Source of the DNA: Myxococcota bacterium
GTDB taxonomy: Bacteria > Myxococcota_A > UBA796 > UBA2385
Assembly: GCA_044344255.1 (NCBI GenBank)
Contig: JBIJDH010000004.1
Location: 384,001-448,000 of the forward strand
Direction of reading: 5' to 3'
DNA: 64,000 nucleotides
Positions 43,151 through 51,239 of the stretch are shown piece after piece. Each line of letters starts with the position of its first letter. Position 1 is the stretch's first letter. Made by a program: the position numbers and the translations under genes. The notes beneath the pieces are model-generated. The model did not search any database. It saw only the letters and a list, made by a program, of their open reading frames with translations, and was not told the DNA's origin.

Positions 43151-44023
43151 TCACCGTTGAACGAGGGTCTCCCCGAAGCTCTCACTCTCCCCCTTCTTCC
43201 GGATGATGAGCGTCGGGCCGAGCGACAGTCCGGCCACGTTCTCTGCGGTTGAGCCGAGGATGAGGACGGCGAGCCGGCTGAGGCCGCGGGTGCCCGTCAC
43301 GATCGGCCGCGTGCCGGCCATGTCGACCAGGAGCTGCGCGGCGTCGGTGCCGCGGACGGCCAGCAGCCCGGGGCGGAGCGCGTCGCCGAGCAGGGGGAGC
43401 ACGTCCTCTTCGAAGTGCTGCAGGGTGTGACCCGCGATCTGGAGCTGGAACTCCTCGTCGGACAGACCGCCGGAGGTCGCGGCGCTGAGGTCGAACTGGT
43501 AGACCGCGTCCACCTGATCGGCGACGCGGACCGCGTGCTGGAGCGCGTAGGAGGACTGGAAGGAGAAGTCGAAGCCCACCACTACGCGGGAGAGGTCGAG
43601 CCGGCTCCCCACCGGGATCACCATCGCGCTGCAGCTGATCCGTCGCAGGAAGTTGCGCCCCGACGGGCCCCACCCGGGCTTGCCATCACGGGCAGGGCTG
43701 CGGCCGATGAGGAGCAAGTCAATGTCTTCGCCCTGGATGATGAGGTTGAGCTCGTCCTCGGGGGTGCCGGAGGCGTGGATGCCCACCACATCCACCTCGG
43801 GCAGGCGCGCACGAATGGCGGCGATCGCCTCCTCCATCCGTGCGGCGAGGTCGGCCTCTTCGGTGGGGGCCTCTGGCCGGAGCTCGGGGAAAGGATCATG
43901 GGCGTAGATGTGGGCCGCGGTGACCTTGCGGACGCCCAGGCGAGCGGCGCCGTCATACAGCGCGCTCAATACGGTTGCGTCACGATCGTCGAGGGCCAGC
44001 ATCACAAGCGCGTTCTTAAACAC
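43151..44023 (-). CDS. Tandem-domain universal stress protein
   Basis: Two USP-like halves; VGFDFS; GTRGLS..LILGSTAE; GTG start (MFKNALV) after GAGGA. Confidence 0.82.
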   Translation of the reverse strand: MFKNALVMLALDDRDATVLSALYDGAARLGVRKVTAAHIYAHDPFPELRPEAPTEEADLAARMEEAIAAIRARLPEVDVVGIHASGTPEDELNLIIQGEDIDLLLIGRSPARDGKPGWGPSGRNFLRRISCSAMVIPVGSRLDLSRVVVGFDFSFQSSYALQHAVRVADQVDAVYQFDLSAATSGGLSDEEFQLQIAGHTLQHFEEDVLPLLGDALRPGLLAVRGTDAAQLLVDMAGTRPIVTGTRGLSRLAVLILGSTAENVAGLSLGPTLIIRKKGESESFGETLVQR

Positions 44024-44101
44024 GGTCCGATCCTCGGTAGGCAAATGAAATGAGGGGGCGCTCAGCGGGCGCTGGGCGCCTTCGGGGTTGATCGGGGCGG
44101 A

Positions 44102-45142
44102 TCAGGTCTGGTCCGGACCCTCTCGACCCGAACGAAGGTCCAATATGCGCGTTTGGCCCACATAGCCGATCGACCGGGGCCGCGTCGTCCGAGCGAGGGA
44201 GCGGACGATCTCGGCCATGCGCTCGAGCTGCTCGTAGCCCTTCTCCAGGCGACGGTGCACGTCGTCGGGGAGGTCGCTGCGGAGGCCGAGCAGCTCGAGG
44301 GTGCCCATCACGGCGGTGAGCGGCTGGTTGAGCTCGTGGGCGGCTGCGCCTGCCACCTCCATCGCCGCGGCGCGCTTCTCCGTGGCGATGAGCTGTTCGG
44401 TGGTCTCTTCGAGGCGGTGCTTGAGGGCGATCTCGGGGCGTTGATCGTCGAAGACCCCGACCGTGGCGATCGGGATGCCGTCCGCGGCGTAGACCTCGGC
44501 GGTCGAGAGCACGACCGGGATCTGCTCGCCGGAGCGGGCCCGGAGCCGGATCTCGATGTGGTGAGCGAGGCCGCCAGGCGTGTTCCGAATCTCGGAGAGC
44601 ACCCGGCGCGCGTCGGTCGGATCGGCGTAGATGTCGGTGACGTGCATATGTTCGCGCGCCCAGGCTGACTCGTAGCCGAGCGCGACCTCGGCGGCGCGGT
44701 TGAAGACCAGCACGCGCCCGCGCATGTCGGCGGCCATCACCGGGTTGGGCGTGGCGTCGATCAGGCGACCGAGCAGGTCGCGTGTGGACTGGAGCTCGGA
44801 GAGGGTGCGGCGGGCCCGCTGCTCATGGGCGCTGAGCCGGCGCTGCCAGGCCCGGTGCAGGTTGAGGAGCGCCCCGGCGCGGATGCGCAGCAGGTCGAGA
44901 TCGTCGTGCCCGATCCAGGCGTCAGAGGCCCCCGAGTCGAGGGCGCGCTGGACGTCGTCTCGCTCGGTGACGAGCGCGATCACGAGGACGTCGTTCTGGC
45001 CCGATTGTCGGAGGGAGCTGCGGGCCTCGAGGTCGTCCCAGGGGAGGAGCTGGAGGTCGGCCTCGGGGACGAGCTCAAAGCCGGCGGCCTCGAGGGCGTG
45101 GGTCAGCGCGGGTTGTGTTTGCCCGATGAGGTTCACCTGCAT
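44102..45142 (-). CDS. Degenerate REC - PAS - HisKA (DHp) protein lacking an HATPase domain
   Basis: PAS (FNRAAEVALGY), H-box AHELNQPL, protein ends about 75 aa after the His. Confidence 0.8.
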   Translation of the reverse strand: MQVNLIGQTQPALTHALEAAGFELVPEADLQLLPWDDLEARSSLRQSGQNDVLVIALVTERDDVQRALDSGASDAWIGHDDLDLLRIRAGALLNLHRAWQRRLSAHEQRARRTLSELQSTRDLLGRLIDATPNPVMAADMRGRVLVFNRAAEVALGYESAWAREHMHVTDIYADPTDARRVLSEIRNTPGGLAHHIEIRLRARSGEQIPVVLSTAEVYAADGIPIATVGVFDDQRPEIALKHRLEETTEQLIATEKRAAAMEVAGAAAHELNQPLTAVMGTLELLGLRSDLPDDVHRRLEKGYEQLERMAEIVRSLARTTRPRSIGYVGQTRILDLRSGREGPDQT

Positions 45143-45275
45143 GACGTGCCCCTGTGCGTGGCCTTGGCGCTGCCCGCCTCATTCATCTCGGTCATCTATT
45201 GATCCCGGTCCTTGTCTCGCCTCGCGGAGTCTCGTCCCTTGGACCCCCTCCCATGTGCGGCCTCCATGACACCGG

Positions 45276-46619
45276 TCAGGGCTCCGAGCGGTCGGCGCGC
45301 TGGCCGCGGTACCAGGCGGCCTGGGCCTCGGCGTAGACACGGGGCTCCGGGAGGCCGGTCTCCCGCGCGAGGGCGGCGACGTCGGCGTGCTCGGGGGCGG
45401 CATGGACGATCTCTCCGTCCTGATGGCCCACCTTGACCCGCACGGGGCCCCAGGGGGTCTCCACCCGCTCGAAGCGGCGGTCAAGCACACGTCGGCTGGC
45501 GGGGTGGCTGCGGAGCCCGAAGCTGCTGCCGTGGCGCAGCATCGCCCGCTCGACCGCCCGGGCGGCGTGAGGCTCGGCGAGGGCCACCACGAGCTGGCCG
45601 GGTCGGCCCTTCTTCATCAGCACCGGGATGGCGATGGCGTCGAGCGCCCCCGCCGCGAGGAGGGCCTCGAGGAGGGCGGGCAGGTGCTCGCCGCTGAGGT
45701 CGTCCATCTGGGCCTCGAGCACCTCGACGGAGAGGGCCGAGCTCGGCGGCCGCTCCTCGCCGAGGATGGCCCGAAGCACGTTGGCCATGTCCGGGGGGTC
45801 CTTGGTGCCGGCGCCGTAGCCCACGCCCCGCACGGTCATCGCGGGCATCGGCCCGGGCTCGGCGAGGGCGGCGATCAGGGTGGCGCCCGTGGGGGTGACC
45901 TGCTCCATCCCCGCCTTGCCCGGCCGCACCGGCCAGCCGAGCAGGACCTCCACGGTCGCCGGGGCCGGGATCGGGATGAGGCCGTGCGCGGTTCGGATGA
46001 CGCCGGAGCCCATCGGCAGCGAGCTGGCGACGATCCGATCGACCTCGAGCAGCTCGAGCGCGATGACGGCGGCCAGGATGTCGACGATGGAGTCGACCGC
46101 GCCCACCTCGTGAAAGGTGACCGCCTCAGCCGGCATGCCGTGCACCCGGCCCTCGGCCTCGGCCAGGAGCCCGAAGGCGGCGATGGCCCGCTCCTTCACC
46201 CGAGGCGCCAGCGCCGACTCGCCGATCAGCGCTCGGATCTGACGCCAGGTCCGCGGGGGCTGCCCGACGAAGCCCCCAGTGGGGTCGAGGGGCGCTTCAC
46301 CGTCATCGTGCCCGTGCCCGTGCCCATGGTCGTGCCCGTGCCCGTGCCCGTGCCCGTGCCCATGGTCGTGCCCGTGCTCGGCTTCGTCGGCGGTGGGCGC
46401 CTCGGAGAGCGAGCGCCCGTCGGGCTCCACGACGAAGCGGGTGGCGGCGAACGCGCCCCGGGAGACCGCCTCGCGGCGAACGCGGTACCCCCGCACACGG
46501 ACCTTGGCGAGCTCGGCGCGCACGAGGTCCAGGTCGGCGCCGAGGTGGAGCAGCGCGGCGACGAACATGTCACCGGCGACTCCAGCGAAGACGTCGAGGT
46601 AGAGGACCTTTCCGCTCAA
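45276..46619 (-). CDS. larC: Nickel-pincer cofactor biosynthesis protein LarC (nickel insertase)
   Basis: LYLDVFAGVAGDM, His-rich loop, FHEVGAVDSIVDI, HGLIPIPAPAT, MKKGRPG; TTG start overlaps larB stop. Confidence 0.93.
   Translation of the reverse strand: MSGKVLYLDVFAGVAGDMFVAALLHLGADLDLVRAELAKVRVRGYRVRREAVSRGAFAATRFVVEPDGRSLSEAPTADEAEHGHDHGHGHGHGHGHDHGHGHGHDDGEAPLDPTGGFVGQPPRTWRQIRALIGESALAPRVKERAIAAFGLLAEAEGRVHGMPAEAVTFHEVGAVDSIVDILAAVIALELLEVDRIVASSLPMGSGVIRTAHGLIPIPAPATVEVLLGWPVRPGKAGMEQVTPTGATLIAALAEPGPMPAMTVRGVGYGAGTKDPPDMANVLRAILGEERPPSSALSVEVLEAQMDDLSGEHLPALLEALLAAGALDAIAIPVLMKKGRPGQLVVALAEPHAARAVERAMLRHGSSFGLRSHPASRRVLDRRFERVETPWGPVRVKVGHQDGEIVHAAPEHADVAALARETGLPEPRVYAEAQAAWYRGQRADRSEP
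46305..46379 (-). repeat. His-Gly coding repeat in larC (EHGHDHGHGHGHGHDHGHGHGHD)
   Basis: (GTGCCC)n array visible on the plus strand. Confidence 0.9.
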
Positions 46620-47383
46620 GGTGCACCTCCGCGGGCGGCGAGGCGGTTGATCAGGCTCGCCTGCATCGCGGCCCCGAAGCCGTTGTCGATGTTGACCACG
46701 CTGATGCCAGGGGCGCAGCCGTTGAGCATGGCCAGGAGGGCCGCGAGGCCCCCGAAGCTGGCTCCGTAGCCGACAGAGGTGGGCACAGCGAGGACGGGCC
46801 GGTCGACCAGGCCGGCGACCACGCTCGGCAAGGCACCTTCCATCCCGGCGACCACGATCAGCACGTTGGCGTCCCGAAGCTCGGGGAGTCGGGAGAGGAG
46901 GCGGTGGAGGCCGGCCACGCCGACGTCCCGCACCCGATCGACGCGGTTGCCGAAGGTCTCGGCGGTGACGGCGGCCTCCTCGGCCACGGGCCCGTCGGTC
47001 GTCCCGGCGGAGACGACGGCGATCCGCCCGATGAGCGGCTCTGCGGGGCGAGCGCGCCAGCGGAGGGCCCTCGCGTCGGGGAGCCACTCCACGAGCGGGA
47101 GGGCGGCCTGCACGGCGGCCGCGACCTCGGCCGGGACCCGGGTGGCGAGGGCGTCGACCCCGGCGGTGTGCAGGGCCAACAGGAAGGCCGTGATCTGCTC
47201 CGCGGACTTGCCTTGTCCGAAGATCACCTCCGGGTGCCCGGTCCGATCTTGTCGGCCGAGGTCGAGGTGGGCGTCGGCGAGGCGCAGCCCACCCCAGCGG
47301 GTGATCTGGTTCGCCGCGGCGGCGGCGGGGGTCTCCCCTTGGGCCACGGCCTGGAGCAGCCGGTCGAGCGCTTCTCTGTTCAT
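46616..47383 (-). CDS. larB: Nickel-pincer cofactor biosynthesis protein LarB
   Basis: PEVIFGQGKS, AGTTD, DVGVAGLHRL, AGMEGALPSVV, PTSVGYG, VVNIDNGFGAA. Confidence 0.95.
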   Translation of the reverse strand: MNREALDRLLQAVAQGETPAAAAANQITRWGGLRLADAHLDLGRQDRTGHPEVIFGQGKSAEQITAFLLALHTAGVDALATRVPAEVAAAVQAALPLVEWLPDARALRWRARPAEPLIGRIAVVSAGTTDGPVAEEAAVTAETFGNRVDRVRDVGVAGLHRLLSRLPELRDANVLIVVAGMEGALPSVVAGLVDRPVLAVPTSVGYGASFGGLAALLAMLNGCAPGISVVNIDNGFGAAMQASLINRLAARGGAP

Positions 47384-47522
47384 GTCGCGGGCGACGCCTC
47401 CTTCCCTCACCCCAGCCAGGCGGGATCTACGCGGCTGGTCGGGGCCTCCGCCTTACCCCGTCCGGTTGGCCCCGTCCGGGCGATGCGTGGCGCGCCGACA
47501 CGAAAGCGGGCAGATTGGCATC

Positions 47523-50099
47523 ATGTCCGCCCTCCTCCTGCTCGTGCTGGGCTTTGGCCCTTGGGGCGCCCGCTCAAGCGTCGCGCTCGCGGGTGAGCGG
47601 GCGCTCTACGACCGGGCGGTGAGCACGGTCTCGGATCATTACCTCGACGTCGAGAAGCTGGACGCCGACGAGGCCCTCGCCCTCGCTGCCGAGCAGGCCG
47701 AGGCCAAGGTCCCCTGGCTCATCGCCGCGACACAGGGCGACGCCGTGCTCCTCCGCCACGGTCAGCGGGGCCCCGTCGGGGAGGTGCGGCTCAGCCCCGA
47801 CGCGCGCCGCCCGGGCACCCTCGGAGACCTGCCGGGCGCCCTCGAGCGCCTCGAAGACCTCATCCGCGGCGCCGGCGCGCCCATCCCCGCCGAGATCGAT
47901 CTGCCGGTCGAGCTGCTGATCGGCATGGCGCGGGCCCTTGATCGACACTCCCAGGTGTTGGCCCGAGATCGCCTCGAGCGCTTCGACGAGCGGATCTCCG
48001 GGAAGCTGCTCGGGGTCGGGGCCAAGATCGGCCTCGACAGTGGGGAGCTCGTCATCAAGGAGGTCTTCGAGGACAGCCCGGGCTCGGTGGCTGGGCTGAA
48101 GGCGGGAGATCGCCTCACGCGCATCGACGGTGTCTCGACGGTGGGCATGGACGTAGACAGCGCCGTACATCGCATCCGGGGGGAGGCCGGCACGGAGCTC
48201 ACCCTCACGATCCGCCGCGCGTCCGGCGAGGGCGGCACCGAGGAGATCGAGCTCACGATGCAGCGGGCGGAGGTGGTGGTGCCAAACCTGACTTGGCGGC
48301 TGCTCCCGAGCGGCGTCGGACTGATCACGGTCGACCACTTTAGCCAGCAGACCTCGAACCTGATGCGCCGAGCCCTGAACGAGCTCAGCCAGGGCCCCGC
48401 GCCGCTCAGGGGCATCATCATCGATCTGCGGGAAGACGAAGGCGGGACGATGGTGCAGGCCTGCAAGGCGGCCGATCTCTTCGTCGAGTCGGGCGTCGTC
48501 CTCCGCACCGAGGGCCGCGGCGGGGGCCGAGTGGAGGGCCTCGTCCGGGAGTACCGCGCCCACCCGGAGAACATCGAGCCGCCGGTCCCGGTCGCCGTGC
48601 TGCAGAACCGGAACTCGGCCTCCGCCTCGGAGATCCTCGCAGGCGCCCTCGCGCTGCTCGATCGGGCCGTGCTCATCGGTGATCGTTCACACGGGAAGGG
48701 CACCGTTCAAATGTTGTACTCGCTCCGGTCGGGCGAGGCCGCCGACCGGGCGCGCTTCAAGCTGACCGTCGCCCGGTACCTCCTCCCTGGGGACGTGCCG
48801 ATCGAGGCCGGCGTGGGCCTGGCCCCCGATCTTTGGGTGCAGAGCGCCATCTTCACGCAAGGCGGCGCCTGGCTGCCGCTCCCTCCCTCCGGGCGCACCC
48901 AGGCGATCCTCTCCGTGGACGAGCGGGCCGGTTGGCGAGACAGCTCCGCCCAGCGGAACAGCGCCGACGTCACCCTGCAGGTCGCCGAGCGGGTGGTGCT
49001 CGACACGAGCGGCACGCACCGCGTGGACGGCCTCGCCGCGATCGAGCGGGTGCTCCCGACGCTCGCCGCCGAGCAGGACCGTCGACTCGTCGAGACCTTC
49101 AAGCTGCGCGGCATCGATTGGCAGGCCGCCGACGAGGCCGTACGCAGCCCGGCGGTCGACGTCGAGGTCACGGTGGTCGATCCCCCGATCGCAGGCGGCC
49201 GGGTCGAGGTGCGCGCCGTCGTGACCAACCGCGGGGAGGCGCCGCTCCATCGGGTGGCGGTGCACCTCAACGCCGGCGATCCGGATCTCCCCTGGAGCGA
49301 CGTGGTGCTCCCGGTGGGCTTCCTCCCTCCGGGGGAGCAGGGGCTGGGGAGCGCGATGGTCTCGATCGACGCCGACCTCCCGGACCGCGAGGACCTCGTG
49401 GGCCTCACCTTGCTCGCCGACCGGGCCCCGCCGGTCTCGCTCGACCCCGTGCTCCTCGAGATCGACGCCCACCCGCCGCCGCCCGTGGCCTTCAGCGCTC
49501 GCCTCATCCCGGAGGGCGATCACCACCGGGTCGAGCTCATCCTCGAGAACCTGGGCGGGCAGCCGCTCACCGGCCTCCACGCCCGCCTCTCCTTGGACGA
49601 CGACAGCCGCATTGAGCTCGTCACCCCGGAGGCGCGGGCCTCGAGCCTCCCGGCCCGCGGCACCGTCAACACCAGCCTCGCCGTGCGGCTCCCCGCCCTC
49701 TCGCGGGGGCCCAGCGCGCTGATGGAGCTGCGTGTCTACGCCGACGGTTACGGGAGGATCCTCCGGTCCACGATGGCCGTCCCGACGGACGGAGCTTCGC
49801 TCCGCGTCCAGCCGCCCACCATTGAGGGCACGGTCCCCCGCTCGTCGGTGCCAGGCACCGTCCAGGTCTCCTTCCGCGCCACGGACGAGAGCCGGGTGCG
49901 CTCGATGACCGTGTGGATGGACCACGACAAGCTCGCCTGGCGCGAAGGGGTCGGCCGAAAGCTCTCGATCGACCTCCCCGTTCAAGTGGGGGAGGGGACG
50001 CGGGTCATCCTGGTCGAGGCGCGGGATGATAAGGACAACCTAAGCCGGCGGGTCTTCGCCATCCGCGGGCAGGTCGAGGGCGGGACCGCCACCCCCTGA
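47523..50099 (+). CDS. S41 carboxyl-terminal processing protease with PDZ and C-terminal Ig-like domains
   Basis: Signal peptide; PDZ GVGAKIG; SASASEI (Ser) and GKGTVQ (Lys); beta-sandwich tail. Confidence 0.88.
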   Translation: MSALLLLVLGFGPWGARSSVALAGERALYDRAVSTVSDHYLDVEKLDADEALALAAEQAEAKVPWLIAATQGDAVLLRHGQRGPVGEVRLSPDARRPGTLGDLPGALERLEDLIRGAGAPIPAEIDLPVELLIGMARALDRHSQVLARDRLERFDERISGKLLGVGAKIGLDSGELVIKEVFEDSPGSVAGLKAGDRLTRIDGVSTVGMDVDSAVHRIRGEAGTELTLTIRRASGEGGTEEIELTMQRAEVVVPNLTWRLLPSGVGLITVDHFSQQTSNLMRRALNELSQGPAPLRGIIIDLREDEGGTMVQACKAADLFVESGVVLRTEGRGGGRVEGLVREYRAHPENIEPPVPVAVLQNRNSASASEILAGALALLDRAVLIGDRSHGKGTVQMLYSLRSGEAADRARFKLTVARYLLPGDVPIEAGVGLAPDLWVQSAIFTQGGAWLPLPPSGRTQAILSVDERAGWRDSSAQRNSADVTLQVAERVVLDTSGTHRVDGLAAIERVLPTLAAEQDRRLVETFKLRGIDWQAADEAVRSPAVDVEVTVVDPPIAGGRVEVRAVVTNRGEAPLHRVAVHLNAGDPDLPWSDVVLPVGFLPPGEQGLGSAMVSIDADLPDREDLVGLTLLADRAPPVSLDPVLLEIDAHPPPPVAFSARLIPEGDHHRVELILENLGGQPLTGLHARLSLDDDSRIELVTPEARASSLPARGTVNTSLAVRLPALSRGPSALMELRVYADGYGRILRSTMAVPTDGASLRVQPPTIEGTVPRSSVPGTVQVSFRATDESRVRSMTVWMDHDKLAWREGVGRKLSIDLPVQVGEGTRVILVEARDDKDNLSRRVFAIRGQVEGGTATP

Positions 50100-51230
50100 G
50101 CGGCGGGTCTGGACGGGGACGAAGCCCTCGTCCATCCGGAAGCCGAGCCAGCCCTCGTCGAGCCGCGCCTTGATCAGCCAGCCATCGACGACGCGGCCGA
50201 TCGGGGCGGGCGGCTCGAGGGGCAGCCGCGCTCGGATGAGCTCGACTCGACCGTCCACGAGTGCGGCGCCGAAGATCTCACTGTGATCAGCGTGGAGCTC
50301 GATGCGCGCCCCGCGCTCGAGGGGAGAATAGGAGGTGTCACCCATGAAGACGGTGAAGCCTTCGTCTACGACCATGGATGGACAGTCTCCGGTCGGGGTG
50401 TGCCCGACCACGAGGCGGCGGATCCCCTCCGCTTGGAGGTGGGCGCGCAGCCGGGCCGGCAGGGCGATCGGCTCTCCTCGCCGGTTCACCGGCCTCGTGT
50501 AGACGACGCTGCGGTTGTTGGCGCGGGTCCCCGGCAAGGGGGCCTGGTACTGGATGAGGGCGTGGTGTCGCGCCTCGGTGGGCGCGGCCCGGTAGGCCGC
50601 CAGCTCGGCGACGAGGAAGGCGTTGAGCGCCGCCAACCAGCTGTCCACGGTGGGCAGCCGCTCCCGACCGGGCACCACCCCGAGGTTCTCCTCCGTCACC
50701 CCACCGTGGAGGAAGAGCACGTCCCGCCAACGCCAGCCGAGGCGCGCGGCCGAGAGGTAGGCGAAGAGTGAACCGTCCGGCGGGGCCACCTCGGCGAGGA
50801 AGGAGGCCACCACCGCGTCGTCGTCCGCCCCGCCGAGCTCGGCGGCGCGATGGGCGAAGGCGTCTGGCGCCCCCATTGTTCGGGTGAGGATGTGCTGGAG
50901 CCGGAGGGGCAGGGGATCGGGCGCGCCGGTCGGCGGGTGAGCGCCGAGCTCGCGGGGGAGGCGGAGCTTGTTGATGTCACGGTTGCCGGCGAGCAGCACC
51001 ACTTGACCGGGGGCCGCTCGGTGGGCCTCGACCAGCGCGCGCACGAGCCGCAGCCCCGCGGGCCCGCGATCGACGGTGTCGCCCCCATAGACGAAGAGGG
51101 CGTCAGGGTGCAGCCAGAGCCGGCTCCCCTCCAGCCTCACCCAGGCGCAGCCTTCAAGGGCCTCCCCGAGCTTCTCCCAGCGCCCCTCGAGGTCCGTCAC
51201 ATAGACGACAGGGCCGGCTGGGGTGGCCAT
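50040..51230 (-). CDS. Calcineurin-like metallophosphoesterase
   Basis: TDLEG, GDTVDRG, GNRD, FLHGG, VVGHTP motifs. Confidence 0.85.
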   Translation of the reverse strand: MATPAGPVVYVTDLEGRWEKLGEALEGCAWVRLEGSRLWLHPDALFVYGGDTVDRGPAGLRLVRALVEAHRAAPGQVVLLAGNRDINKLRLPRELGAHPPTGAPDPLPLRLQHILTRTMGAPDAFAHRAAELGGADDDAVVASFLAEVAPPDGSLFAYLSAARLGWRWRDVLFLHGGVTEENLGVVPGRERLPTVDSWLAALNAFLVAELAAYRAAPTEARHHALIQYQAPLPGTRANNRSVVYTRPVNRRGEPIALPARLRAHLQAEGIRRLVVGHTPTGDCPSMVVDEGFTVFMGDTSYSPLERGARIELHADHSEIFGAALVDGRVELIRARLPLEPPAPIGRVVDGWLIKARLDEGWLGFRMDEGFVPVQTRRSGGGGPALDLPADGEDPPA

Positions 51231-51239
51231 CGCGCCCGC

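Noticed and set aside
44052..44083. Hairpin between the PAS-HisKA and USP genes as a terminator or riboswitch
   Set aside because: The stem pairs well only on the non-coding strand through G-U pairs and has no clear U-tract or aptamer motif
45276..47087. 603-aa extended larC ORF suggesting a larB-larC fusion or programmed frameshift
   Set aside because: The extension is an alternate frame of larB; a TTG start at 46619 overlapping the larB stop explains it
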